The translations under genes were made by a program, and so were the position numbers. This document shows positions 28,626 through 37,485 of a stretch of DNA of 64,000 bases, one piece after another. Under the pieces are notes generated by a model that saw nothing but the letters and a program-made list of their open reading frames with translations, had not been told where the DNA came from and searched no databases. Source of the DNA: Verrucomicrobiota bacterium (lineage in GTDB: Bacteria; Verrucomicrobiota; Verrucomicrobiia; Chthoniobacterales; UBA6821); contig JAIOPL010000004.1 of assembly GCA_021413925.1 (NCBI GenBank), positions 128,004-192,003 on the forward strand. The letters run 5' to 3'. How positions within the stretch are numbered: the first letter of the stretch is position 1; each line of letters opens with the position of its first letter.

Positions 28626-28643
28626 GGGATCCTTATCCCTTAC
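28622..28643 (+). terminator. Hairpin overlapping the atpC stop codon (weak terminator candidate)
   Basis: The stem gtaagggat/atcccttac (9 bp) has a cctt loop. Only a weak T-rich tail (ccttatttctt) follows. Confidence 0.35.
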
Positions 28644-28665
28644 CCTTATTTCTTGTTAAGGGCAG

Positions 28666-29304
28666 ATGCCAGTTGCCCCCTCAACCTGCTGTGAGTTGCT
28701 GGCCCAGTGTCTGGAATCGGGCCGCTTTCTGATCGGCCAGATTCTTCTGCGCTCCGACTTTACATTGCGTCACGTCGAGGACGCTGATCGTGAAGACCTT
28801 GATTTCTTTAACGCAGCCACTGATGCGAGGCTTATTGCGCGTTATAATGACCAAGAAGAGTTCCGCCCCCTGAAAACGGCACCGAACCTGAGGCGTGGCT
28901 GGCTACTCAAGCTTGGCTCACTCGAGGAGATGGAACGTGCGATCGAATATTTTTATCCTGCAGCTCTTGGGCTCTGGCTTTCTTTCCTCAACGGGTCCCT
29001 TCAGCCTACGAGCCTTCGTCAGACCTTGGACCGCCAGACGGGAATGTACCGGATCACGCAATTATTGAAGCCCGATCAAGCCCAGGAGCTTGTGGCGAAG
29101 TGCTGCACCTCCGACGGAGGATGCCTACGTACCATTCTGTGGGATCTGGCTCCCAGTGAACCGCTCTCAGGTTTTCCTGCCGAGAAGCTCTCCCTTGACA
29201 TGCTTCCCACTGACCGAATTCCGCTGATCTGCCGCGAACTCTGTAATCTGGTGGTCGCGGCCGCACGTCCGATTGCCAAGGGTAACCTTCCCAAGAAGGA
29301 CTGA
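28666..29304 (+). CDS. Conserved hypothetical Cys-cluster protein (possibly DR2241-like; uncertain)
   Basis: 212-aa protein with eight Cys residues: two CC-x5-C motifs (C8/C9/C15 and C146/C147/C153) plus C189-x3-C193. The family assignment is from memory only. Confidence 0.55.
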   Translation: MPVAPSTCCELLAQCLESGRFLIGQILLRSDFTLRHVEDADREDLDFFNAATDARLIARYNDQEEFRPLKTAPNLRRGWLLKLGSLEEMERAIEYFYPAALGLWLSFLNGSLQPTSLRQTLDRQTGMYRITQLLKPDQAQELVAKCCTSDGGCLRTILWDLAPSEPLSGFPAEKLSLDMLPTDRIPLICRELCNLVVAAARPIAKGNLPKKD

Positions 29305-29361
29305 GGAGAGAGGTTTAAGGACAAAGAAACCAAGAACGAAAGGATTAGTCTCTAACACGCC

Positions 29362-30600
29362 ATGCCTGCCTCAGAAGCAATAAGGCTCTACAGGGCAACA
29401 AGCGTGCTTCCGGTAAGTTCGCCTGATATCTCGGATGGAGGGCTTGCTGTGAGGGGTGATAAGATCCTTGGCGTGGGTACCTGGAAGGATCTGGTTCAGG
29501 AGTATCCCGGCGCCTCGCAGGAAGATCTCGGGGAGGTAATCCTAATGCCCGGGCTGATCAACGCCCATTGCCATCTCGACTACACGATGATGCGGAGCGC
29601 CCTCTTTGGAGGAGGCTCGTTTGCCGAGTGGATCCAGCGTCTTAATGCCATGCGTCGCTCTCTGGACCAGAGGGATTATCTGGATGCAATAGCAGCTGGA
29701 TTGAAGGAACTTCATCAGTGGGGCTGTACTACGGTCCTGAATATAGAGTCCCTTCCAGAGTTGGTGCCCTTTCTTCCCGAATCCCCGATCAGGGTTTGGT
29801 GGTTCCTCGAAGTGATGGATGTGAGGAGTCGCCTCCAATCAGCAGAGGCCTTGGCAGGGGCAATCTATTTTCTCGAGAAAGCGGGTGAGGGGTTAGGAGG
29901 ATTCGGGATCTCGCCCCACGCTCCCTATACCGTCTCCCGCGAGCTTTACGAACTCTCCTCGACCTATGCTCTCAAATATCAGCTTCCACTCTGCACGCAT
30001 CTGGCCGAGTCCGAGGAGGAAATGAGTATGTTTACGACGGGTGACGGGCTTCTCTACGAATTTTTACGCTCCATTGGTCGTCCGATGGAGGATTGTGTGG
30101 GAATGACCCCTATTCAAGCAGTGCTGGGGAGGGAGCTTGTTCCCGAGGGATCGATACTCGTTCACATGAATCAGCTCGATAGTAAAGACCGGGATTTGTT
30201 GAAACGTACGGCCGGACGTTATCCCGTGGTGCATTGCCCTAGGACCCATGCGTTTTTCGAACGCCCCCCCTTTGATCTGAATTTCTTCCGAGAAAGCGGG
30301 ATTCCTCTCCTCTTGGGAACTGACAGTCTGGCAAGCAATCAGGATCTCAATATGTTTGCCGAAATGAGGACTCTGTCCGAATCTTTCCCCATGCTGGATC
30401 CGAGCGAAATTATTCGCATGGTGACGACAGCCCCCGCTGCCGCGATCGGACGCGCCGGAATGCTGGGGGAGCTTTCACCGGGAGCTCTTGCGGATTTCAT
30501 TGCTATTCCCGATCCGGCACCGAATGCCGGGTTAAAAGGAGTTGAGGAACGGGTGCTCGCCAACCGGACTCCTCCGACTGTATGGATCTCGGGTCAATGA
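29362..30600 (+). CDS. Amidohydrolase-superfamily protein (nucleoside/aminofutalosine deaminase-like)
   Basis: 412-aa protein with the metal-binding HxH motif (INAHCHLDYT), downstream H residues and the GTDS motif of metallo-dependent hydrolases. Substrate is not determinable from sequence alone. Confidence 0.75.
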   Translation: MPASEAIRLYRATSVLPVSSPDISDGGLAVRGDKILGVGTWKDLVQEYPGASQEDLGEVILMPGLINAHCHLDYTMMRSALFGGGSFAEWIQRLNAMRRSLDQRDYLDAIAAGLKELHQWGCTTVLNIESLPELVPFLPESPIRVWWFLEVMDVRSRLQSAEALAGAIYFLEKAGEGLGGFGISPHAPYTVSRELYELSSTYALKYQLPLCTHLAESEEEMSMFTTGDGLLYEFLRSIGRPMEDCVGMTPIQAVLGRELVPEGSILVHMNQLDSKDRDLLKRTAGRYPVVHCPRTHAFFERPPFDLNFFRESGIPLLLGTDSLASNQDLNMFAEMRTLSESFPMLDPSEIIRMVTTAPAAAIGRAGMLGELSPGALADFIAIPDPAPNAGLKGVEERVLANRTPPTVWISGQ

Positions 30601-32549
30601 TGAGTATTCTACGGTCGTTTCTTGTTCGGATATCTTCAAGGCCTTGGTTTTCAAGCCTTCTCCTCGGACTTGTGCTCCTTACGGTGGCTGCCACCTACGC
30701 TCAGGTCCTGAGCTTCCATTTCCTGCCGTTCTGGGACGACGACACCAATATCCATCGGAATCCCCTCTATGCTCCGCTTGCGTGGGGAAGCATTGCCACT
30801 TTTTGGAAGGCTCCCTTCCAGCAACTCTACATTCCCGTCACCTATTCCATTTGGGCGGGACTTGTCGCCCTCTCACGTATCGCGGCAGGTACATGCATCA
30901 GTTTTGGGCCGATCAATGCCGCACTTTTCCATGGAACGAATCTTAGCATTCACCTCCTCTCAACCGGCATGGTTTTTCTCATTGTTCGTAGAATGCTGGG
31001 TGCGCGCTGTTCTACTGATTCGATTACTTCACCACGTATCGTTCTGGCTTCTGCTGCTGGAGCCCTTGCCTTCGGTCTTCATCCGATCCAGGTCGAGGCG
31101 GTCGCTTGGGTCTCGGGATTGCGAGACCTTCTGGGTGGTGCATTTTCTCTTGCTGCCCTGGCTCTTTTCCTTTCATGGCTTGATCACTCCGGAAGGTATG
31201 CCCGTCAGGTCTTCCGATACGCTGCGGCCACCCTTCTACTGCTCTTGGCCTTCGGTTCCAAGCCGGGGAGCGTCGTTACGCCAGCTCTGGCACTTCTCTG
31301 CGGATTCTGGCTTCTACGGCTCAGGGGACGTTCGCTCAAGCCCCTTCTCTGGCTGATTCCCTGGTTCATTGTAGCTCTTCTGGAGGTGATGATGACGTCC
31401 AAGGCACAGCCGGCTGCGGAACTTGCTCGTTCACTGGTGCCTCTCTGGGCGAGGCCTCTGGTGGCTGGTGACGCGGTCTCCTTTTACATCTGGAAACTTC
31501 TCTGGCCTGCGGACCCCTGGGGGCTGTGTGCTGATTATGGGCGTTCCCCTAACTCCCTGATGCAGGCAGGCGTTCTCTACTGGAGCTGGCTGATTCCAAC
31601 GCTCCTTGCGCTCCTGCTGGCATTCTTCAAAAAACTCCGTCCTTACCTGCTTCCGGCCACGCTGATGGTCATCGGAGTTCTTCCAACGCTGGGTCTTATC
31701 CCTTTCAACTTCCAGGTAGTATCAACGGTTAGCGACCGATATCTCTATCTCGGCATGCTGGGGCCGGCACTGGCCTTTGCCATGCTGATCAGCGATGCAC
31801 GTCCCCGGATTGCCATTCTTCTGGCAGCTGTTTTTCTTCCCTTTTGGACAATCTTGTCGCTGCTTCAGATGCCGCAATGGGAAGCCGGCGAGTTTTTCTT
31901 TCCTGCGACGTTGGCCCGCAATCCCACCAGCTGGAAGTCCCGACATAACTATGCCTGCACGCTGGATGCCCAGGGGAAACTTCCCGATGCTTTGAAGGAG
32001 TTTGTGGAGGCGATCCATCTGCGCCCCTCGAATGCCGAGGCCTACAACGACATGGCCCTCACCCTCTTGAAGATGGGACGCCGTCAGGAAGCTATCCAGG
32101 AGTTCCAGCAGTCCCTCCAGGTGAGGGCGACAACTGGGGCCGCACGGAATCTTGCGGCAGCCCTGCTGATGAATGGCGAAGCGGCAAAGGCAGCTCAAGT
32201 TTACCGACTTGCGATGCAGATCGACCCGGGTGACCTGCAGGACCAGCGCTCGTTGGCATGGTTGCTTGCAACGCACCCCGACGGCACGGTCCGCAATGGG
32301 CAGGAAGCTGCGGCCCTTTCCAAACAGATCGTGGAAGCGACGAACGCGCAGGTTCCACTCTTTCTTCTCACGTATGCCGCGGCCTTAGCCGAATGCGGCA
32401 CTTTTGATGAAGCCGCTCGGGTTGCCACAATGGCGGCATCCGCCTATGAGCATTCCGGTGATCCCTCGATGGCAAAGATGATTCAGACAAGGGTGCTTCC
32501 TGCACTTGGTGCTCATCAGCCAATCCGAGATAATCCTACCCTCAAGTAA
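30597..32549 (+). CDS. GT-C-type membrane glycosyltransferase-like protein with C-terminal TPR domain (TMTC/PMT_2-like)
   Basis: The N-terminal roughly 430 aa have many TM helices and an early acidic loop (FWDDDTNIHRNPLY). The C-terminal roughly 200 aa have TPR-like repeats. The ATG at 30597 overlaps the upstream TGA (ATGA), and an alternative ATG is at 30582. Confidence 0.7.
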   Translation: MMSILRSFLVRISSRPWFSSLLLGLVLLTVAATYAQVLSFHFLPFWDDDTNIHRNPLYAPLAWGSIATFWKAPFQQLYIPVTYSIWAGLVALSRIAAGTCISFGPINAALFHGTNLSIHLLSTGMVFLIVRRMLGARCSTDSITSPRIVLASAAGALAFGLHPIQVEAVAWVSGLRDLLGGAFSLAALALFLSWLDHSGRYARQVFRYAAATLLLLLAFGSKPGSVVTPALALLCGFWLLRLRGRSLKPLLWLIPWFIVALLEVMMTSKAQPAAELARSLVPLWARPLVAGDAVSFYIWKLLWPADPWGLCADYGRSPNSLMQAGVLYWSWLIPTLLALLLAFFKKLRPYLLPATLMVIGVLPTLGLIPFNFQVVSTVSDRYLYLGMLGPALAFAMLISDARPRIAILLAAVFLPFWTILSLLQMPQWEAGEFFFPATLARNPTSWKSRHNYACTLDAQGKLPDALKEFVEAIHLRPSNAEAYNDMALTLLKMGRRQEAIQEFQQSLQVRATTGAARNLAAALLMNGEAAKAAQVYRLAMQIDPGDLQDQRSLAWLLATHPDGTVRNGQEAAALSKQIVEATNAQVPLFLLTYAAALAECGTFDEAARVATMAASAYEHSGDPSMAKMIQTRVLPALGAHQPIRDNPTLK

Positions 32550-32603
32550 TTCGGAACAGGATCTTCTTGATCTCCGAGCCTGCAGAGTTAACTCTCCGCC
32601 TCC

Positions 32604-33347
32604 ATGACTGCACGCTCACGCTCCAACAACAGGGCTTCCGACAAACTCAGGGAAGTCACCTTTCAGACCGGCATCGCGCCCCAAGCTTCCGGCTCTGTGC
32701 TGATTTCCTTCGGGCGCACTCAGGTTCTGTGCGCCGCCAGCATTGAGGAGGGAGTGCCTCGCTGGATGAAAGAGCAGGGTGTCACAGGGGGTTGGCTGAC
32801 CGCTGAGTACTCAATGCTTCCTTATTCTACCGCACCGAGAAAGCAGCGCGATAGCTCCCGCGGTAAGATCGACGGAAGGTCAACGGAGATTCAGAGACTC
32901 ATTGGCAGATCCCTTCGCGCTGGAATCGACCTTGAGGGTCTGGGCTCCCGAACTCTCTGGGTTGATTGCGATGTCCTTCAGGCCGATGGAGGGACACGTA
33001 CGGCATCCATCACCGGTGCCAGCGTCGCCATTGCTCTTGCCTGCAACAAACTGGTGAAGGAGGGGAAACTTGCCAAGAGTCCCGTGTCGCGACAGATCGC
33101 GGCCGTGAGTGTTGGCGTCGTCAATTCCGAGGTTCTCCTCGATCTGGATTATCCCGAGGATAGGGATGCCGAAGTCGATCTCAACCTCGTGATGACAGGA
33201 GATCTGGAGTTCATTGAGTTGCAGGCATCCGGTGAGGAGAATGTCTTTGGGGATGCCCAGTTAGCCACGATGCTGGATTATGGACGCCGCGGGATCTCCG
33301 AGTTGGTCGCCAGGCAGGAAGAAATTCTCGCGGCAACGCTTTCCTAA
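32604..33347 (+). CDS. rph: Ribonuclease PH
   Basis: 247-aa protein with GSVLISFGRTQVLCAA, TAEYSMLPYST and DCDVLQADGGTRTASITGA motifs. Confidence 0.93.
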   Translation: MTARSRSNNRASDKLREVTFQTGIAPQASGSVLISFGRTQVLCAASIEEGVPRWMKEQGVTGGWLTAEYSMLPYSTAPRKQRDSSRGKIDGRSTEIQRLIGRSLRAGIDLEGLGSRTLWVDCDVLQADGGTRTASITGASVAIALACNKLVKEGKLAKSPVSRQIAAVSVGVVNSEVLLDLDYPEDRDAEVDLNLVMTGDLEFIELQASGEENVFGDAQLATMLDYGRRGISELVARQEEILAATLS

Positions 33348-33421
33348 AGCGAAAATCGCCTCAAAAATCCTTGACCCCGAGGGTGACAACTGACCATATA
33401 AACGACTCAACTAATTTCATT

Positions 33422-33685
33422 ATGTCTAGAAAGTGCTCCATTACCGGTTCGCGTCCCGTGCGCGGTTCTAAAATTCACCGCAGAGGTCTCGCCAAGAAAA
33501 AAGGGGGTATCGGCATGCACGTCACTGCAGTGACGGCCCGTTATTTTACCCCGAACCTTCGCAACAAGCGGATCTGGGTTCCCGAACTCAAAAAATTTGT
33601 GACGGTCAAGGTCACGGCCCGTGCCCTGAAAACCATTTCGAAGAACGGTGCTCACGCCACTCTTTCGAAAGCTGGGCTTATCTAA
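33422..33685 (+). CDS. rpmB: 50S ribosomal protein L28
   Basis: MSRKCSITGSRPVRGSKIHRRG... is a typical L28 N-terminus. The ATG at 33422 is used rather than the track TTG at 33371. Confidence 0.92.
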   Translation: MSRKCSITGSRPVRGSKIHRRGLAKKKGGIGMHVTAVTARYFTPNLRNKRIWVPELKKFVTVKVTARALKTISKNGAHATLSKAGLI

Positions 33686-33745
33686 GCAAGATTATTTAAC
33701 CAATCACCATCAAACAACCCCCAACCAAAGAAAGGATCCAATACC

Positions 33746-33949
33746 ATGTCATTCAGCGCAGTCAGCAAGAAAAGCGGCAAAACCTATTTCCTTCATCAAC
33801 GCCTCCAGGAGCTTCGTGGCGGTCAGAAAGTGACCCTTTACTACTTCGGTGGTGAGGCCAAGGAAGGTGCTATCGATGCACTTCCCGCAGGTTATGAAAT
33901 CTCCGAGAACGAGCGCACCGGTCTTCCTCTCCTAAAGAAGAAGAAATAA
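33746..33949 (+). CDS. Small basic hypothetical protein (67 aa) downstream of rpmB
   Basis: ATG start with a purine-rich SD-like tract (gaaaggat) upstream. It ends with KKKK and is followed 31 nt later by a very strong terminator, which argues for a real transcription unit with rpmB. Confidence 0.6.
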   Translation: MSFSAVSKKSGKTYFLHQRLQELRGGQKVTLYYFGGEAKEGAIDALPAGYEISENERTGLPLLKKKK

Positions 33950-33980
33950 GCGTTTCCAAAAGTTTCCTCCCCGAGGATAC

Positions 33981-34012
33981 GGGCGCCGAAGAAATTCGGC
34001 GCCCGTTTTTTT
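33981..34012 (+). terminator. Rho-independent terminator
   Basis: A perfect 10-bp stem gggcgccgaa/ttcggcgccc with a GAAA loop is followed by seven T residues. Confidence 0.88.
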
Positions 34013-34072
34013 GTTTCTTGCCAATCGAGGAGGGGGTTTGACCCCATTGCCGTAAGCGTTTAAAAAGATAAG

Positions 34073-34936
34073 ATGAGTATAGATAGCAATTACGCGCATC
34101 CCGATGCACTAGTCACAACGTCATGGATGGCCGACCATCTGAAGGATCCCGGCATCCGAATCATCGAGAGCAACGAGGATATCCTTCTTTATGATATGGG
34201 GCATGTTCCGGGAGCCGTGCATATCGATTGGCAGCGCGATCTGCAGGATCACACGATTCGTGATTATATCCAGCCCGAGGCCTTTGCGGCTCTCTGCTCG
34301 AGGAATGGGATCACCCCGGAAACAACCTGCATCTTCTACGGTGATAAATCCAACTGGTGGTCCTGCTATGCCCTCTGGGTCTTCCGCCTCTTCGGTCATG
34401 AGAAGGTCAAGATCATGGACGGAGGACGCGACAAGTGGATCGAAGAGGGCAGACCGCTGACCCGTGAAGTTCCCCATTATGAGAAGACGGACTATCCAGC
34501 GCCCTCGAAGCGACGTGATGCCGAAATTCGCGCTTTTTATGACGACGCCCTTGCCCAGAGCCGTGGCAACCTTCCTCTGATCGATGTCCGCTCCCCGGGA
34601 GAATTCAAGGGACTGGTGACCCACATGCCGGAATATCCCCAGGAGGGAGTGCTACGAGGTGGTCATATTCCTGGAGCCTATGGTATCCCCTGGAAGCAAG
34701 CCGTGAATAACGACGCGACTTTCAAGAGTGCCGAGGAACTCCGCAAGATCTACCAGACCGATCTTGGTCTCAAGCCCGATGACCAGATCATCGCGTATTG
34801 CAGGATTGGCGAACGATCCAGTCACACGTGGTTCGTGCTGAACTATCTCTTGGGATTTGATAAGGTGCGGAACTACGACGGCTCCTGGACGGAGTGGGGG
34901 AATCGTGTCGGCGCGCCAATCGAAAAGTCCCTCTAG
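34073..34936 (+). CDS. Thiosulfate/3-mercaptopyruvate sulfurtransferase (tandem rhodanese)
   Basis: 287-aa protein with two rhodanese domains and the active-site loop [11 protein letters not shown]. Confidence 0.88.
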   Translation: MSIDSNYAHPDALVTTSWMADHLKDPGIRIIESNEDILLYDMGHVPGAVHIDWQRDLQDHTIRDYIQPEAFAALCSRNGITPETTCIFYGDKSNWWSCYALWVFRLFGHEKVKIMDGGRDKWIEEGRPLTREVPHYEKTDYPAPSKRRDAEIRAFYDDALAQSRGNLPLIDVRSPGEFKGLVTHMPEYPQEGVLRGGHIPGAYGIPWKQAVNNDATFKSAEELRKIYQTDLGLKPDDQIIAYCRIGERSSHTWFVLNYLLGFDKVRNYDGSWTEWGNRVGAPIEKSL

Positions 34937-34946
34937 GATCCTTGCG

Positions 34947-35414
34947 ATGTCTTATCCCTCGAAGCTATCCGCGATCATCGAGCTTTTTTCTGGTCTTCCC
35001 GACGCGGAGAAACGCGAGACCTTGATCGCCTATGCCGATCAGGCAAGGTCCCAGGAACCGAGAGATGGGGAGACGTTTGATCTTGAGGATGTGCGCAAGG
35101 ACGAGGAGTGCACCGACACCGTGGCGATCTATCTCCGTCTCGACGATCAGGGAGGAGCCCACTTCAGAATATCTCTTGGTCCCCAGGTCCAGACGCTGAC
35201 ACGGGCCATGAGTTCAATCCTCTGCAAGGGGCTTGAGGGAGTTTCCCCAGCGGACATCCTGGAAATTCCTGCGGATTTTGTTCCGAAGATCGTCGGCGCT
35301 GAGCTTGTCCGTCTTAGAAGTCAGACCGTTTATTATCTGCTCACTCGCATTAAAAGCGTCTCCAAGGTCTGGTTGCAGCGCCAACGCAACGCGACTCAAG
35401 ACACCAACGGTTAA
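34947..35414 (+). CDS. SufE-like cysteine desulfuration (sulfur acceptor) protein
   Basis: About 155 aa with SufE-type layout and a candidate acceptor Cys in EECTDTVAIY. The ATG at 34947 lies 10 nt after the rhodanese stop. Confidence 0.75.
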   Translation: MSYPSKLSAIIELFSGLPDAEKRETLIAYADQARSQEPRDGETFDLEDVRKDEECTDTVAIYLRLDDQGGAHFRISLGPQVQTLTRAMSSILCKGLEGVSPADILEIPADFVPKIVGAELVRLRSQTVYYLLTRIKSVSKVWLQRQRNATQDTNG

Positions 35415-35430
35415 TCGCCTTTCACTGAAG

Positions 35431-36504
35431 GTGCCTCGCTGTTTTATCCTCAAGCCTGACGGGATCGGAGATTTCTTTCTGGCCTCGGGAGTAGTGCGTC
35501 TCATGGCGCGGGAGTTTGGTGAGGAGAATCTGACCATAGCAGTACTCCCACTCCTAGAGTCGGTTGTGAGAGGTCAATTTCCCAAGGCAGAGATCGTGAT
35601 TCTTCCCATCCGGAAGCAACGGGTCATTCTGAATGTCTTTGTTGCCAATTGCCTTCGCTGTTTTCCCTCGTGGATCAAACTCCTAGGGACACGAGTGGAT
35701 ACAGCGATCTCCCTGCGTCATATGCGGGACTATCTGCAGAGCTTTCTTTTCTACAGCGTGCGGTCTGGAAGGAGGTTCATGGCCTCGAATCTTCTTTTAG
35801 GAAATGGGCGTCGGGTCCGGCGCTGGACGGAGCAATCAATGAATGCCATTTTTTCCACGGAGATCGCGTATTATCCCGAGGCAAGACCCGGGATTCCGAG
35901 TGAGTTAGAAGCACATCGTTTGCTTGTCTCGGCGGCCCTTAGCCGAAACGTTGATCCAAGTGAGATCTGGCCCGAACTGAAAGCGGTGAATTCTTCCCCG
36001 ATCGACTCCCGCTACTTTGTCTGTGCTCCATACTCCAGTGACATCTGGAAAAACTTTCCAGAGCATCGCTGGATCGAGCTCTTTGTCCTTCTGGATGCTC
36101 AAGGACGGGGGGGAAGGCTTCGGGACCTTGTGCTGACAGGCTCCCCGGATCAACGGCAATCCTTGGAAGCCTTTGGAATAATGATCCGAAAGGCCCTTCC
36201 TGAGACGAGGATCAAGATTACTGTCCTGATTCCCGAGGATCTGCAGGGATTCATCAATCTCCTTGCTGGTGCTGATTGTGTATTCACCGTCGATACCGCC
36301 GCAGCCCATGGCGCGACGGCCCTGGATTGCCGAACCTTAATTCTGTTCTCGGGTCTCCATCAGGGGATGTTCGCACCTTGGACCAGGAGCAATCGTCAGC
36401 ACTGGATCCTTCCCAAGGAATCACCAAGCGATAAGCAATGGCACGAGGCCCATACGTCTTCCGAGATCATGGAATGCCTTGAAAATATACTGTCAGCTCC
36501 CTGA
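35431..36504 (+). CDS. Glycosyltransferase family 9 (heptosyltransferase-like)
   Basis: The N-terminal ILKPDGIGDFFLASG and C-terminal FTVDTAAAHGATAL...LFSG motifs match GT9. The track ORF overlaps sufE, so the first plausible start after the sufE stop (GTG at 35431) is used. Confidence 0.65.
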   Translation: MPRCFILKPDGIGDFFLASGVVRLMAREFGEENLTIAVLPLLESVVRGQFPKAEIVILPIRKQRVILNVFVANCLRCFPSWIKLLGTRVDTAISLRHMRDYLQSFLFYSVRSGRRFMASNLLLGNGRRVRRWTEQSMNAIFSTEIAYYPEARPGIPSELEAHRLLVSAALSRNVDPSEIWPELKAVNSSPIDSRYFVCAPYSSDIWKNFPEHRWIELFVLLDAQGRGGRLRDLVLTGSPDQRQSLEAFGIMIRKALPETRIKITVLIPEDLQGFINLLAGADCVFTVDTAAAHGATALDCRTLILFSGLHQGMFAPWTRSNRQHWILPKESPSDKQWHEAHTSSEIMECLENILSAP

Positions 36505-36587
36505 GGGGGCTCCGTTTTTTACTCTCTACGAGATGTTTTTTGATTGCAGCAGGGGAGGTGTCGGTGTTTGATTTTTTGTTCCATTGA

Positions 36588-36662
36588 TCCAGCGTAGCTC
36601 AGTGGTAGAGCGGTCGGCTGTTAACCGATTGGTCGTAGGTTCGAGTCCTACCGCTGGAGCCA
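36588..36662 (+). tRNA. tRNA-Asn (anticodon GTT), CCA encoded
   Basis: A hand-folded cloverleaf fits. The acceptor stem is tccagcg/cgctgga and the D arm is gctc-agtggta-gagc. The anticodon arm is gtcgg-ctGTTaa-ccgat and the T arm is gtagg-ttcgagt-cctac. A discriminator g and CCA follow, for 75 nt in total. Confidence 0.93.
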
Positions 36663-36677
36663 ATTTTCACACTTTCC

Positions 36678-36899
36678 ATGAACACCCACTACATCGAAGA
36701 GGCCTCCAAGGTCATTACAAACAAGCAGCAGCTCGTCAACATGGTGAGCAAGCGTCTGCGCGAGCTCTCCGCCGGAAGCCGCCCCATGATCGAAGTGGAC
36801 CTTCAGATGGGACTTGCAGACATTGCCCTAGCTGAAATTGCAGCAGGTAAGCTCTCCACAGAGCTTACTTCGGATTCGGAAACCTTACAGGCGGCCTAA
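36678..36899 (+). CDS. rpoZ: DNA-directed RNA polymerase subunit omega
   Basis: 73-aa protein. NKQQLVNMVSKRLRELSAG and LADIALAEIAAGKL resemble the Rpb6/omega fold signature. Confidence 0.8.
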   Translation: MNTHYIEEASKVITNKQQLVNMVSKRLRELSAGSRPMIEVDLQMGLADIALAEIAAGKLSTELTSDSETLQAA

Positions 36900-36975
36900 A
36901 GCAACACGCGCTGGCATTCGGTGTTATCGAATGCCACATGACGGGCTTTGAAACGGATGTTTGCTCACTCCAAGC

Positions 36976-37434
36976 ATGGGTTCTGACATCGTCACCAACC
37001 GCAAAGCCCTCAGGGATTACCAGATCCTTGAGAAGTTTGAAGCCGGCATTTCTCTTGTCGGAACCGAAGTCAAGTCGCTGCGAGCAGGCAAGGCTGATCT
37101 TCTGGGATGCTATGCAAAAGTTGAGAAGGGTGGGGTGTTTCTCTATGAGGCCACGATCCAAGTCTACGAGAAGGCCAGCCACTCAACCCATGATCCCAAA
37201 CGCCCCAGGCAGCTTTTGCTAAACAAGGTCGAGATTCTCAGGATGCTTGAGCAGACTACCCGCAAGGGACTGGCCCTGCCCGTGCTGCGCCTCTACTGGA
37301 AGAAAGGGCGCGTGAAGGTCGAAATCGGTCTGGCTAAGGGAAAGCATGCCGCTGATCAGCGCCAGGATCTCAAAAAGAAAGCCGAGCAGCGGGAGACAGA
37401 CCGTGAGGTCGCGCACTTCAAGCGGGGTAAATAG
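36976..37434 (+). CDS. smpB: SsrA-binding protein
   Basis: It carries VTNRKALRDYQILEKFEAGISLVGTEVKSLR, HDPKRPRQLLL and GLAKGKHAADQRQ motifs. The ATG at 36976 is used. Confidence 0.93.
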   Translation: MGSDIVTNRKALRDYQILEKFEAGISLVGTEVKSLRAGKADLLGCYAKVEKGGVFLYEATIQVYEKASHSTHDPKRPRQLLLNKVEILRMLEQTTRKGLALPVLRLYWKKGRVKVEIGLAKGKHAADQRQDLKKKAEQRETDREVAHFKRGK

Positions 37435-37485
37435 TAGCATTTCCTCATTGCACGCCCACTCCGTCAACAGCACCCTTTTTTTCAA

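Noticed and set aside
33371-33402. Possible sigma-70 promoter for rpmB (TTGACC at 33371-76 with CATATA/TATAAA near 33395-33402).
   Set aside because: Spacing to the best -10 candidate is 18-20 nt and promoter consensus in this lineage is unknown. It is too weak to list as a feature. It mainly explains why the track TTG start at 33371 is unlikely to be a start codon.
36584-36835. 83-aa ORF starting inside tRNA-Asn.
   Set aside because: It reads through the tRNA gene and is out of frame with the well-supported rpoZ ORF.
37435-37485. Looked for a trp leader peptide or attenuator upstream of trpE.
   Set aside because: The gap is only 51 nt, with no tandem Trp codons and no alternative hairpins, just a C/T-rich tract.
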